Assembly (NCBI GenBank): GCA_049840675.1
Contig: JASGKB010000001.1
Location: forward strand, 40,151 to 104,150
Direction of reading: 5' to 3'
Origin: Pirellulales bacterium
GTDB taxonomy: Bacteria > Planctomycetota > Planctomycetia > Pirellulales > PNKZ01
DNA length: 64,000 bases
Both the position numbers and the translations under genes were made by a program. The notes under the pieces are model-generated. The model did not search any database, was not told where the DNA came from, and was given only the letters and a program-made list of their open reading frames with translations. Shown in pieces: positions 1-14,145 of the stretch (positions are counted from its first letter, which is position 1; each line of letters opens with the position of its first letter).

Positions 1-2056
1 GCGATCTCGATCCGATTCGTTGGCGGCAACTCGACCATAACCCGATTGCGCTGCTCAGCGAGTTCAACGCCGATCGGTTGGAGCTTCGCGTCGCCGAGTT
101 CGTGCTCTACAGCCGGATCAATCATGCGTATCGTCGGCTCAAGGAATATCTGACGTCGAACCAAACCTGGGGCAACACGCATGTCGGGCGTGTTGGGCTC
201 GAAGCCGGTGGCCTACTTCTCGGCCGAGTTCGGCATGCACGAATCGATTCCGATCTATTCGGGCGGCCTCGGCGTGCTCTCGGGCGATCACGTGAAAAGC
301 TCGAGCGACTTGGGCATTCCGTTCATCGCCATCGGGTTGTTCTACGACCAAGGTTACTTCAAGCAACGCCTCGACCACGACGGCTACCAAGTCGAAGAAT
401 ATCTCGACACCAAGGTCGAAAACCTGCCGATGGCGCCGGCCCTCGGCGTCGACGGCCGACCGGTGCTGCTGCACATCGACACGCGTTCCGGCGTGTTGCA
501 CTTCAAAGTCTGGAAGATGAACGTCGGCCGCGTGCAGCTATATCTCTTGGATTGCGACGTCGACGGCAACAGCCCGGAAGATCGCGAACTCACGGCACGC
601 CTGTACGGCGGCGACCATCGCACGCGCATCCGCCAAGAGCTGGTGCTCGGCGTCGGCGGCGTGAAGGCGCTGCGGGCTTTGGGCATTTCGCCGGGTGTGT
701 ATCACTTGAATGAGGGCCATAGCGCATTCGCGCCGCTGGAAGCAATCCGTCAGATGATGGAAGACGACGGCCTGACGTTCGACGACGCGATGCGCGATGT
801 GGCCCGTCACACGGTCTTCACCACGCACACTCCGGTGCCGGCCGGCCACGACCGGTTCGACGCCGGCTTGATCGAAGAGCACTTGGGCCCGCTACGCGAT
901 CGGCTCGGCATTTCGCACGATCAATTGATGGGGCTCGGGCGCGTAGAGCCGCATAACGGCGGCGAAACGTTCTGCATGACCGTGTTGGCGCTCAAGGCGT
1001 CGCGGCATGCCAACGCCGTATCGAGCCTGCACGGCCACGTGAGTCGGCGGATGTGGGCGCACTTGTGGCCGTGGCGCGTCGAAGAAGAAATTCCGATCGG
1101 CCACATCACCAACGGCGTGCACGTGCCGACGTGGCTCGCCCACCAGATGCAGCAGCTTTACGATCGCAACTTCCCGGTGAACTGGATGAACCGGATGGGT
1201 GAGCCGGAAGTGTGGCAACAAATTTTCAACGTCGACCCGGGCGAGTTGTGGGAAACGCATCACTCGCTGAAGAACCTGCTGTTGGCATTCGTCCGCCGCC
1301 GCGTGAGCCGTGATTGTCGCCGCCGCGGTGAGAGCGACGATGCCGTCGAAGCGGCCCGCAATATGCTCGACCCGAACGTGTTGACGATCGGCTTCGCACG
1401 CCGCTTCGCGACGTACAAGCGGGCTAACCTGATCGCCACCGACATCGAACGCCTGACCGACTTGCTGAACGATTCCGAACGTCCGGTGCAGCTCATTTTC
1501 GCCGGCAAGGCGCACCCGGCCGACGAGCCGGGCAAGGGTCTGATTCGCAGCGTGGCGAACCTGCGGCACGATCCGCGATTCGCCGGCCGCGTGGCGTTTA
1601 TCGAAGACTACGATATCAACGTGGCCCGGCACATGGTGCAAGGGGTCGACGTCTGGTTGAACAATCCGCGCCGCCCGCTCGAAGCTTCCGGCACCAGCGG
1701 TGAGAAAGTCGTGCTCAACGGCGGCTTGAACCTCAGCGTGCTCGACGGCTGGTGGGCCGAAGCCTACGACGGCAAAAACGGCTTCTCCATCGGCAACGGC
1801 TCGAGCCACGTATCGTACGAGATCAACGACCGTCGCGACGCCGAAGACCTGTACCGCGTGCTGAAGGAGCAAGTCATTCCGCTCTACTACGAGCGCGATG
1901 TCGACGGTCTGCCGCGCGGCTGGATCAAGCGCATGATGAACTCCATCGCCACGCTGGCCTGGCGCTTCAGCGCTCACCGCATGGTGATGGACTACGTGAA
2001 AAGCGCCGTACCTCCCGGCGGCCGGCGGCGTAAGCTGCGTGATGGGCCAGCGATAG
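1..2056 (+). CDS. glgP: alpha-glucan (glycogen) phosphorylase; 5' end lies outside the window; apparent frameshifts near 180 and 2008
   Basis: Motifs [46 protein letters not shown] (PLP lysine) and DGWW. The N-terminal part is in the frame of ORF 78..713. The C-terminus [15 protein letters not shown] ends with TAG at 2054-2056 in a shifted frame. Confidence 0.93.
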
Positions 2057-2129
2057 CGAGGTATCTCCTGCCCTCGGCGGAACACTCGAGGGCAGGCATG
2101 CGCGGCGGGCGAGGCAGCCAAACGCTCGC

Positions 2130-3612
2130 TCATACGAGCAGATCGTCGAGCGGCGGACGCCAGAGCGGCAGCCGCGGAAAGAGCACGGCCGCGGCTTGCA
2201 GCGTGGCGGCGTTTGTCGCTTTCACGCGCCCAGCGGCGGCGGCTTCTTCCAAATCGAGATGCCCCAAGAGCATCCGCGTGAAATCGGCGCCGCTCAGCTT
2301 CACGACGCTCCGACCCAGCGAACCTCGCGGGCCCGTCACACGTTCCAGCTCCGCAGCGCGAGCCGAAACGCCGACTTTCAGCCGCAACTCTCCTGCGGCG
2401 ATGCCGATCTCGGTCGGTTGCCGCAGTCGCTTGGCTTGTTGCGCCGCTGCAGCACGGGCATGGAGCGTCGGCAGCAATCGTTCCAAGAAAGCCTCCGGAT
2501 CAGCGAGCTTCACCATCGTCACTTCCCCATGGCTCGCTTCGCTGCGATGAAGCTCGGCGCCGGAACCTTCGACGATGTTCCAAAGCCGATCATTGGGAGC
2601 CAAGTGCAACCGCACGATGTGATGGTCGCGTTCGATCGCTTCGCCGCAGGCCCGGGCCAGCAGTCGCTCCGCCGTGCCGGGATGTTTGGCCGAGGCGACG
2701 AGCTCCAAGATGCGATTGTCGCGTTGCACGACGTAGCCGACGATCGAATCGTCGTGGAAATCGAAGTCGAAGCGCTTCGGGCCGGCCAGCGCCACGAAGA
2801 TGTTCTCCGCCGCTTGCCGGCCGACGAGCCAGCGCCAGTAAGCTTCCGTACGTTCGTAAGGCCCGGAGGCCCGGGCGGTTTGTTCGCCGTAGAGTCGCAC
2901 CAGCGAAGGCAATTCGACGTGCCGCCAAGGGCGAATATTTAGCACGTCGCCGGCGGCGTCGTGCGGTGCGAAGCCGCGGGCTGAAAGTTGCGCGAGCAAG
3001 TCGCGAGCCCCGACCACGGCATGGCTGTGCCGCATGCAGACGACCCAACCGTGACCGCGAAAGAAATGCGGAGCTGCGCGTCGTCAGGATGCCGAGCGTC
3101 GAACCTTCGGCCGCGAGTTGTTCGTCGACTTTGTCGAGCAGCCGACGTCCATAGCCGCGGCCGCGAAACTCAGGCAAGATCGCCAAGCGATGCAGGGCTG
3201 AAGCCGTGAGGTTTTCGCCTTGAAAACGCATCACGCGCTGGGCCAAATGCGCATGGCCGACGAGATGCGAACCACGCTTGATCACCAGCCGATCGCACGG
3301 TTCGTAGAAAGGATCTTCCAACGAAGCCGAAAACTCGTCGCGCGACGGAGCGTGAAATACGGCCGCCAACAATTGCTGGATCGCCGGATGATCGCCCGCC
3401 GAGGCCGGCAAGACTTCGCAACGCTCCGCACCCGCCTTGTTCACCGCCGGAGGTTCGCCGGCGACCACGCCTAACGGCCAAACGTATTCATCCGGTGCGG
3501 CCTCGGGAAACGTCGACTTCTTTTTGGCCGGTCCTGTGGATAACTTGTCGACAACCGGGGCTGCTGGATTTCGGGGTGAAGAATGACCGCCGAGAGAATT
3601 GTCCGAGCGCAT
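2130..3612 (-). CDS. Eis-like tandem GNAT acetyltransferase with C-terminal SCP2-like domain; frameshift near 3060
   Basis: Acetyl-CoA motif [11 protein letters not shown], second GNAT-like region (RTEAYWRWL...VGYVV), and a C-terminus typical of the Eis architecture ([17 protein letters not shown]...LFP). GAAGGGA RBS before the ATG at 3612. Joins ORFs 2590..3612 and 2130..3035. Confidence 0.8.
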
Positions 3613-3660
3613 AGCCAGAATCCCTTCTGTTTGTCAAGGCCGATCCGCTGGACCGGTAAC

Positions 3661-5329
3661 TTAACGCCAACGCGCAGCTATCGCTAGCAAAAAATCGCGC
3701 AAATCCTTTTCGGGAAATAGGTAGGCGCTGTACTCGCGCGATCCGAAGTAACTCGGCGACGCGTCCCGCCGCGTGGCTCTCCTTAGCAATATGCCGCCAC
3801 TTTTCCGCCTCACCGGCCACCAGCGGCTGCAGCGTTTCGTTGGCCGCGCGAATTGCCTGGCAGCGGATTCGCGCAGTTTCCGCGGTGGGAATTATGTCAG
3901 TCCAGCGACGTTTCTCGGCCACGGCCGCCGCGGCCGTTTCCCGCTCCGCCGGGTTCGAAATATCGGCCGGATGCAGAAACCGCTCCGGATGATGCCGAAG
4001 CTCCCAAAGCCGATGCCGGGCCGTCGGCTCGTCGACCGCGGACAACGCCTCGACCGCCGGTCGACCGGCTTCGTCGACAATCGGCAGCTTCCGCGTGGCC
4101 GTTACGACGGCGAACTGCGGCGGCGCAACGGCGAAAAACCGGCCGAGGATCGCATCGGTAAGTTCGTCGTACTTGCCGCCGCCGATGCCGTGAACAAAGA
4201 GGTCGCCGAGTACCACGCGCGCATACATGGTCGTCAGCAAGGCTCGGCTACGGAGGCGAATGCCGCGCCGGGCCGCTTCGTGGAGCGCCTCGGCGAAATC
4301 GTCGTGCCGAGCATCGACGAGAGGCAACTTGAGCACGAGGCCTGCCCGATCGGTGAGTTCGACTTCGCGGCCGCCTCCCTCACTCACTCGGCGTCGTACG
4401 AACACGTGCCGACGTCGCGGCTGGTCGACGGTCCACAGCCAAAGAGGCGATTCGAGCCAGTCTCCCTCCTGCTCCAGAGCCGGCACCGGATGATTCGCGC
4501 TGCGAATATTCTCGCGCCGCTTGTAAATCTCCAGTTCCGAATTGTGCGCTTCGACGAACCGCGGCAACTCGGCAACGAGGTGGCCGACGAAACGGCGGAA
4601 GTGATGCGAATCGCAAACGTGACTTTGCGGCAGTTCCAGCGTGCCGAGCCCCCAGGAACCTTCCAAGCGATGGCGGGCCTGCGCGATCGCCAAGCCGAGC
4701 TTGCCGCAAGCCTTGGCCTGTCGCACGACGTCGGGCCAGAAACTTCGCAACAACGGGTCAGCCACGAACGGCCGTAATGCGTCCGCGACGCGATTTCCGA
4801 ACGAGGCAAACATCGCCGCGTCGAGCACGCGTCGCTCTTCGAAGGGAATCTCGTCTCCGGGTGCGTCGAAGGGAACGCTCTCCACGTTCGGTTCGCGCAG
4901 GCTCCCGGTCGGCACGCGGAGCGACGCCGCTTTGAGCGTGTCACCGTCGATCACCAAGTTAACGGCCGTGCCGCCGACGGCCGCGGCCAAACCCGAGAGA
5001 GCGAAATTCTTGGCCCACACGCCGGGATGAAAGAGTTCCGGCTGGTGACCGGCCAACAAGAGAGGCGAGTGCGAAGCGCTGAGCGGGGAATGCGAAACGT
5101 CGCGATAGGTGCGAGTGTAGGCGGTCGCCGCGGCGACAAACTCCGCGCGGGCCGTGGCCGCGAAACCTCCGAACGACTGGCCGGCGAGGCCCAATGACCA
5201 CCGTGCGCGTTCGGCGATGTTTGCGCCGACGACGCCCGGCAACTCGTTTGCCGCCCGATCGATGAGCACGCCGCCGTCTTCGCGCGGGGCACGAAGTTTG
5301 CGACGGCCGACGTCGGTCATCCCGCGCAT
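3661..5329 (-). CDS. Conserved hypothetical protein, remotely BshC-like (putative cysteine/amino-acid-adding enzyme); frameshift near 3742
   Basis: The motifs LAGHQPELFHPGVWAK, VNLVIDGD and FVHGIGGGKYD occur in the same order as the BshC motifs GQQ..LF.GP, FW..EDHD and GPGEIAY. The corrected C-terminus SREYSAYLFPEKDLRDFLLAIAARWR* ends at 3661. Confidence 0.6.
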
Positions 5330-6075
5330 TCCTCACAGTTCGCGAGCGTGCCGGTCCAAAGCTCTCCGGCATGGCTCCCTTCGCCCAGACGAGCGAAGCT
5401 GCGATCGAGCACTAAGTGGTAGTACTCAAGCCGCGTCCAACTGTTGTCGAGCGAGCCGCCGAAGGAGCGTTTTTCGTCGAGGTAGATGCGGGGCACGGGA
5501 AGTTCGCGAATGCGGAGCTTTGAGTACGCCGCTTGAACCCACAATTCGAGCGGCATCGCGTAGCCGGCCTCCAACACCTGCAGGTGCTTGAGCGCTTCCA
5601 CGCGGTAAGCTTTGAACCCGCAGAACGCATCGGTCAGGCTCAAGCCGAGCCGACGGTTGAGTTCGGCCGTGAGTTGCTGATTGATCCGCTTCCGCTCGGG
5701 GGGAGCTTCGCTGTCGCCCGGATAGTTCTTCAGGTAGCGACTCCCCGAGACGATGTCCCAGCCGTCGCAGGCATCGACGAAGCGCGGGATGCGCTGCGGC
5801 TCGTGCTGGCCGTCGCAATCGATGGTGACGAGAACGTCGTAGTGATGCCGTTGAGCGTACTCGAAGGCCGTCTTGAGGGCGGCTCCGTAGCCGCGGTTTT
5901 TAGCGTGCCGCACGAGATGGACATTCGGCAATTCGTCGAGTACTTCACTCGTGCCGTCGGTGGAACCGTCGTCGACGAGCAAAATCTCCGGGCTGTAGCG
6001 GCGGACTTCTTCGACAACCCCGCGCACGTGCCGGGCTTCGTTATAGACGGGCAAGGCGGTGAGAAAGCGAGTCAT
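5317..6075 (-). CDS. Glycosyltransferase family 2 (DPM-synthase-like)
   Basis: Motifs LPVYNE, VDDGSTDGT, NRGYGAAL, DCDGQH and DAFCGFKAY. Start placed at MTRFL; the 3' end overlaps the next gene. Confidence 0.9.
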   Translation of the reverse strand: MTRFLTALPVYNEARHVRGVVEEVRRYSPEILLVDDGSTDGTSEVLDELPNVHLVRHAKNRGYGAALKTAFEYAQRHHYDVLVTIDCDGQHEPQRIPRFVDACDGWDIVSGSRYLKNYPGDSEAPPERKRINQQLTAELNRRLGLSLTDAFCGFKAYRVEALKHLQVLEAGYAMPLELWVQAAYSKLRIRELPVPRIYLDEKRSFGGSLDNSWTRLEYYHLVLDRSFARLGEGSHAGELWTGTLANCEECAG

Positions 6076-6419
6076 CGAAGTCCTCAAGATTGGGGGCTGC
6101 CGGCACGCGACCACGACCGCCGCACGCGACACTATTCCCAGACCGCATGCAGCAAACGCGAAGCCAAAGCCGAGCCTGTCCATTTTAGGTGGAGCCCGGC
6201 CATCGTCAACGCGACCGAACGACGCCCACGACCGCTACAAACGGCCGAAATCACGGCATTTCGCGCGCTGTACTAGCTTGGATGCCGGGGACCGCGGCAC
6301 GGTTACGCGTGGAGAAACGGAATGACATTTCTGCCGGCGTAGACTTGGCAATATCAACTTGCGATCATGCACGCATGGCGAAGATTGAAGAACGCTTCGT
6401 CGTTTTGCGAGGAGTACTT

Positions 6420-6659
6420 ATGTCACAGGCCGCCGATTTTTCGCATGTGTTGGCCGCCGCTTTAGCGCTGCCGTCCGACGAGCGTGAATCGTTGGTCGGC
6501 AAACTCAACGACTCACTCCACAACGAACTCCGCGAGACCGTCGGCGACGCCGGCATCACGGAAATTCGGGAGCGAATCCGCCGCTTCCACGACGGCGAAT
6601 CGCAAGCCTGGACGATCGAAGAAGTTGCCGCAGAAGTCCGACGTCGACGCGACGCATGA
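6420..6659 (+). CDS. Addiction-module antitoxin (TIGR02574-like)
   Basis: Small protein with pattern ALALPSDERESL...EIRERIRRF...WTIEEV. GGAG RBS precedes the ATG at 6420; ATGA overlap with the toxin gene. Confidence 0.8.
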   Translation: MSQAADFSHVLAAALALPSDERESLVGKLNDSLHNELRETVGDAGITEIRERIRRFHDGESQAWTIEEVAAEVRRRRDA

Positions 6660-6957
6660 CGACGCCGGTCTTTACGACGGAAGCACGCGAGGATCTGATC
6701 GCCGCCGTCGTCTACTATGATCTTCAACAGCCCAGCTTAGGCGCTCGTTTCGAGACCGCAGCGTACGACGGCGCACTCCGAATCGCAGCCGCGCCGGAAG
6801 CATGGCCGCGCATTGACACCGACGCGAGATTCTTTCGGCTCGAGCCGTTTCCTTATGCGCTGATCTACTTTGCCGACTCGGCTGATCGGGCCGTAATCGT
6901 CGCCGTGTTCCAACTGAACCAAGACCCGAAGAAATTGGCTAAGCGCCTCGCCGGCTC

Positions 6958-6961
<4 letters not shown>
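6656..6961 (+). CDS. RelE/ParE family type II toxin
   Basis: 101 aa with motifs [16 protein letters not shown] and PFPYALIY...IVAVF; translationally coupled to the upstream antitoxin. Confidence 0.85.
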
Positions 6962-9042
<2,081 letters not shown>

Positions 9043-9233
9043 AGAGTTCGGGCGATTTTGCAGCGGGAAAACGTCGGATTGTAACGACTTACAACACAGT
9101 TCGCTTAAGAGACACGGCGGGCTCGAATCAGGCTCGAACCCTTGCCCGGCACAATCCGTATGATACATTTGATTGTAGTCGTTTTGACTATTATCGCCGT
9201 TGGATTTAGTGTCGTTTTTTGGACTATCTCGCC

Positions 9234-11159
9234 ATGTCCGCCACAAAAACTAGCGACTCGTCTCTGTCGCTGTCGCAAGATTTACTTAGATTCGCCCTCG
9301 AACATGCCGATTCGACGGCAGTTTTTCTCGATACGGCCTTGGGAAAGCTCACCTCGACGGTCGGTGCCGACTACGCGGCCGTCGTTCGCAATCTCGACGG
9401 CCGATGGTCGGTCGTCGGGGCGTTCGGCACCACAGCCTCCTCGACTAGCTCGGCCTTGCCGACCACGCACCTTGCCGACGTGCTCGACCGCGAAACGGCC
9501 GGCGTCTCCGGCCATTGGCTGGCGTTGCCGATCGACCGCCGCAGCGCGCCCGGCGAGCTCCTAGCGCTGCACGCTCCCGACACGGCCGCCCTGAAGCGAA
9601 TGCAGGAGGCCGTCGAACAATCGCGAGGCGTGTTCGCCCAAGGCTATGCCACGGTGCGGGCCGGCGAAAAGCAACGCCGCAGCAACGAACGGCTCGCTGC
9701 GCTGCTGGAGATTAGCGGTCGCTGGAACCAGACGCAGGAGATGGAGCCGCTCTTGGTGCAGATGGCGGAAGCCGCGACGAAGATGCTCGGCGCCGATCGT
9801 GCGAGCATTTTCTTGTGGGACAAGCCGAACCGGCAGTTAGTCGCCCGGCCGGCGCTAGGCGTGGAAGGGAACGAGCTCCGCATGCCCGACGATACGGGAG
9901 TCGTCGGCAAGACGCTGCGCTCGCGCATGCCGCAACGTGTCGACGCTCGCTACGGTCAGGAAGAGATCGCCCGTGAGATCGACCAGAAACTTGGCTATCG
10001 CACGCGGACGCTGCTGTGCGTGCCGCTCGCGTCGCGCAAGGGGGAAATGCTCGGCGTTTTCGAAGTGCTGAACAAGCGCGAGGGAGACTTTAACGACGAC
10101 GACGAGCAAGCCCTTGTCGAGCTGGCGGCCCACGCCGCTACCGCGCTGGAAAACACGCAAGAACGCGAACGACTGCTGCAATCGCGCCGGCAATTGACGG
10201 AAGAAGCGGCGGCGGGCGTGCGGCTCATCGGCGACTCGCCGGCGATTGAAGCCTTGCGCTCGACGACACGCCGCGTGGCCGACACGGAGCTGGCCGTTTT
10301 GATTCTCGGCGAGAACGGCACAGGGAAAGAAGTGGTCGCTCGCACGATTCACTACTTGAGCAGCCGGCGCGATCAGCCGTTTATCGCGGTGAACTGCGCA
10401 GCGCTCACCGAGACGTTGCTCGAAAGCGAACTCTTCGGACATGAGAAAGGGGCCTTCACCGACGCTCACGAAGCGCGGCCCGGCAAGTTTGAACTCGCCA
10501 ACGGCGGGACGCTGTTCCTCGACGAAATCGGCGACTTGAGCCTCGGCGGGCAGGCAAAACTCCTGCGCGTGCTGGAGGAGAAGGTCGTCGTCCGTGTCGG
10601 CGGATCGAAGACCATTCATACGGACGCGCGCGTCATTGCGGCGACGAACCAAGATCTAGGGGCGATGGTTCGCGAGAAGCGTTTTAGGCAAGACTTGTTC
10701 TTCCGTCTGAACGTCGTCTCGATCCATCTCCCGCCGCTCCGGGATCGGGCCGGCGACATCATCCTGCTGGCCGAACATTTCTTAAGCGACTTCGCCCGAC
10801 GGGCCCGTCGCAAAGTGCCGCAACTTTCGGCGGCGGCCAAAAAGCGGCTCGAAATGCATTCGTGGCCCGGCAACATTCGCGAACTCCGCAACGCGATGGA
10901 ACGGCTGGCCTATTTGTGCCCGGGCGAACGGATCGAACCGGAAGACCTGACGTTTATCCTCGCCGCCGGAAGCGAAGCGCCGGCGGCCGTGCCCGACAAC
11001 TTACCGCTGGCCGAAGCGACCGACGAATTTCAGAAGGCGTACATCACCCGTGCCATCGCCCGCAGCGGCGGCAACATGAGCGAAGCGGCCGAACGCCTGG
11101 GGCTGCATCGTTCGAATTTGTATCGCAAGATGCGACAACTCGGGATGCCGACGAGCTAG
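9234..11159 (+). CDS. Sigma-54-dependent transcriptional activator (GAF + AAA+ + Fis HTH)
   Basis: GAF domain, [37 protein letters not shown] and a C-terminal HTH ([19 protein letters not shown]). Confidence 0.95.
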   Translation: MSATKTSDSSLSLSQDLLRFALEHADSTAVFLDTALGKLTSTVGADYAAVVRNLDGRWSVVGAFGTTASSTSSALPTTHLADVLDRETAGVSGHWLALPIDRRSAPGELLALHAPDTAALKRMQEAVEQSRGVFAQGYATVRAGEKQRRSNERLAALLEISGRWNQTQEMEPLLVQMAEAATKMLGADRASIFLWDKPNRQLVARPALGVEGNELRMPDDTGVVGKTLRSRMPQRVDARYGQEEIAREIDQKLGYRTRTLLCVPLASRKGEMLGVFEVLNKREGDFNDDDEQALVELAAHAATALENTQERERLLQSRRQLTEEAAAGVRLIGDSPAIEALRSTTRRVADTELAVLILGENGTGKEVVARTIHYLSSRRDQPFIAVNCAALTETLLESELFGHEKGAFTDAHEARPGKFELANGGTLFLDEIGDLSLGGQAKLLRVLEEKVVVRVGGSKTIHTDARVIAATNQDLGAMVREKRFRQDLFFRLNVVSIHLPPLRDRAGDIILLAEHFLSDFARRARRKVPQLSAAAKKRLEMHSWPGNIRELRNAMERLAYLCPGERIEPEDLTFILAAGSEAPAAVPDNLPLAEATDEFQKAYITRAIARSGGNMSEAAERLGLHRSNLYRKMRQLGMPTS

Positions 11160-11187
11160 ATCGGCGCCTCGACGTGATGCGCGATAT

Positions 11188-11268
11188 TAGGCCCGACTGC
11201 GCAAGCGAGGAGTCACGACGACCGACGTTACTCGGAGCATGTCCCCTCGCTCGCGCGTCGGGGCTAGT
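11188..11268. repeat. Inverted pair of REP-like repeats between convergent genes
   Basis: TAGGCCCGACTGCGCAAGCGAGG (11188-11210) faces TGTCCCCTCGCTCGCGCGTCGGGGCTAGT (11240-11268). Related copies at 14612-14640 and about 43391-43416. Confidence 0.75.
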
Positions 11269-11293
11269 GTGCGGTGGTTCGCCGAATCCCAGA

Positions 11294-12292
11294 TCACGCC
11301 TTCACTTCGTTCGTCAGCGCCGCGCCTCGGGCAAATTCGCCAAGATTCATCAGCGTCTGTCGCGCAATGGCTTCCAAGGCTTCCCGCGTGAAGAACGCTT
11401 GATGCCCCGTGACGAGTACGTTCGGGAACGTGAGCAGGCGTGAGAAGACGTCGTCGAGAATGGCGTGAGCGGAGTGATCGACAAAGAACAGATCCCCCTC
11501 TTCTTCATACACGTCGATGCCGAGCGAGCCGAGCTGTTCGCTTTTGAGCGCGGCGACGACGGCCCGCGTGTCGAGCAATGCGCCGCGGCCCGTGTTGATG
11601 AGCATCGCGCCGCGTTTCATGCGGCTGAGTCGCTCGGCGTTGATGAGGTGATGCGTATGCGGCGTGAGCGGACAATGCAGCGTGACGATGTCGGCCCTCG
11701 GCAAGAGTTCTTCGAGCGACACATACGCGGCGCCGAGTTCGCGCATCGCCGCGTTTTCGTACGGATCGTATGCCAGCAACTTGCAGCCGAAGCCGGCCAA
11801 GATGCGGGCCGTACATTCGCCGATCTTGCCGGTGCCGACGATGCCGACCGTGCGACCGTGCATATCGAAGCCCAGCAGGCCGTCGAGAGCGAAGTTTCCT
11901 TCCCGCACGCGATTGTAGGCTTTGTGAAACTTACGGTTGAGCGCGAGAATCATGCCGACGGTGTGTTCCGCCACCGCATACGGCGAATAAGCCGGCACGC
12001 GGGCCACACGAATGCCCAGACGCGCGGCCGCAGCGAGGTCGACATTGTTAAAGCCCGCGCAACGCAGCGCGATGAACTTCGTACCGCCGCCGGAGAGCGC
12101 TTCAAGCACCGCGACATCAAGGCGGTCGTTCACGAAAGCGCACACGGCCGGAAAGCCGGCGGCCAAGCGGGCCGTCTCGACCGTGAGCAACGGATCGAAG
12201 AACACCAATTCACAGTCGCCGTCGATACGCTGAGCTTCCGCGGCCAGAAACTCACGATCGTACGGCTTTGTGTTAAAAACGGCACAGCGCAT
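11294..12292 (-). CDS. ldhA: D-lactate dehydrogenase / D-2-hydroxyacid dehydrogenase
   Basis: Motifs [42 protein letters not shown] and TGHQAF, closely matching LdhA. Start placed at MRCAV. Confidence 0.9.
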   Translation of the reverse strand: MRCAVFNTKPYDREFLAAEAQRIDGDCELVFFDPLLTVETARLAAGFPAVCAFVNDRLDVAVLEALSGGGTKFIALRCAGFNNVDLAAAARLGIRVARVPAYSPYAVAEHTVGMILALNRKFHKAYNRVREGNFALDGLLGFDMHGRTVGIVGTGKIGECTARILAGFGCKLLAYDPYENAAMRELGAAYVSLEELLPRADIVTLHCPLTPHTHHLINAERLSRMKRGAMLINTGRGALLDTRAVVAALKSEQLGSLGIDVYEEEGDLFFVDHSAHAILDDVFSRLLTFPNVLVTGHQAFFTREALEAIARQTLMNLGEFARGAALTNEVKA

Positions 12293-12397
12293 CGCGACAA
12301 ACCTCGGACCGTGTAGATAAGCCGATGAGGGCGTCCTCGTTATAATGCTCGCGTCCGATGGTCGTAAGTTGGTGATTTCCCCCAAGAACGTTCTTGC

Positions 12398-13018
12398 ATG
12401 ACGCACAGCCCTCCCATTCGTGGAATCGTGTTCGATCTCGACGGCACGCTCGTCGATTCGTGCTCGATTTCGACGCGATGCGGTTGGAAATGGGTTTAGC
12501 CCACGATCAGCCGATCTTGGAGGCGATCGACGCCTTGGCCGACCACGATGCCGAGCGGTGCCGAGCGATTTTGCATCGACACGAATATGAAGGCGGCCGG
12601 CGGGCCGTGCTAATGCCGGGCGTGCCCGAGTTTCTTGCCGACGTGCGGCGGCGCGGGCTGCATACGGCCGTCTGGACGCGCAACAGTCGGGCAGTGGCGC
12701 TAGCGACGCTCGCGCGAACGGGGCTGGAGTTCGAAGTCATCGTCGTGCGCGACGATGCCCCCGCGAAGCCCGACCCGACGGCGCTCGTCGAACTTGCAAA
12801 ACTTTGGCGGCTGCCGGCGAGCGAGCTGCTGATGGTCGGCGATTACGTATTTGATATCGATGCCGGACGCCGGGCCGGCGCGTACGGCGCTTTATACGGC
12901 CGGTGCCGCGCCGGAAACCTGCGCCGGTCACGATCTGGCCGACCTGCGCTTCGCGTCGTTTCACGATACGGCCGCGCTCTGGCGCGGCTTGGGTCACGAC
13001 GAATGCCGGCATTCGTAG
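12398..13018 (+). CDS. HAD family hydrolase; frameshifts near 12460 and 12890
   Basis: The N-terminus from ATG 12398 reads [13 protein letters not shown]; further motifs KPDP and MVGDYVFD. Confidence 0.85.
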
Positions 13019-13141
13019 CGCGCCGCAAACTCCGATAATTCCCGCGGCGGAACCGATCTAGGGGCGGTCGGGGGACGTTGCTAGAATCCCGCCCTCATTT
13101 CTCCGTCCCCGTTCGCGCATCCCGCACGTCGAGGCGCTTGC

Positions 13142-14090
13142 ATGTCGTCGCGCACCCTTCGGTCGACCGCCGTTCTGACCCTGTCGCTGGTTTTCGCCTC
13201 GGCGAAGTTCGCCGCCGCGCAAGCTACGCTGCAGCCGCCTCCCGGCGCGATGCCGCCGGGGCAACAGCAGTACGCGCAGCAGCCCGCGGCCGGTCAGCCG
13301 GCGCCGCAGCAAGCCCCCGCCGCGCCGTTTACGCTAACTCCTCAAGAAGAAGCGGTGCTCGATCGGTTGCTGGTCGATTGGCAAAACATGAGCGCCGGCG
13401 TGAAGACGTTCGAAGCGTCGTTTGCCCGTTGGGATTACGACGGCGTGTTTAGCGCCTCCGGCCGCCGACGGTACACAAGCCCCCAAGCGCGTTGTCAACG
13501 GCACGCTCCGTTACGCCGCGCCCGATAAAGGTTTCTACGAGTTGGCCGACCAATCCGAGAAATGGATCTGCACTGGCGATGCCGTGTTTGAGTTCCGCGC
13601 CGACCTCAAACAGGTCCGCGAACATCCGCTCCCTCCGGACATGCGCGGCAAGGCGATCGCCGACGGGCCGATGCCGTTTGTGTTCGGCGTGGAAGCCGGC
13701 AAGACCAAGGCCCGCTATTGGATGCGGATCATCACGCCGCAAGACAAGCAAGGGGAACAGGTCTGGCTCGAGGTCTACCCGAAGTACGGCCAAGACGCGG
13801 CAAACTTCTTGAAGATTGACGTCGTGCTGAAGTTCGAGCACGCAGGCGGACAAGTTACGAAGCTGGAACCGTTCGCGCTCAACATGCATTTGCCGAACGG
13901 TAAGGATCGCACCGTCTACCAGTTCAGCGACATGAAGACCAACACGGTGCTCGGCAATTTCCAGAACTTCTTCAACTTCTTCGTCCGACCGAGCACGCCG
14001 TTCGGCTGGCAGCATCAAGTCGTCGAAGCACCGACGGGCGTCGACCCGCCGCCGACGGCCCAGCAACCGCAACAGCCGGTGCAGCGATAG
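13142..14090 (+). CDS. Planctomycete TIGR03009-type LolA-like exported protein; frameshift near 13460
   Basis: Signal peptide, Q/P-rich linker, LDRLLVDW...FARWDYD, G.LRYAAPDKG and DGPMPFVFG. Joins ORFs 13142..13528 and 13422..14090. Confidence 0.7.
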
Positions 14091-14145
14091 GCGCTAGTTC
14101 TTAGGAACTGGGTCCTGGTTCAGAAGTGAAGCTTCAGAAGGCGGT

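Noticed and set aside
2057-2550. Apparent C-terminal extension of glycogen phosphorylase overlapping the GNAT gene
   Set aside because: Artefact of the frameshift near 2008; the natural C-terminus ends at 2056.
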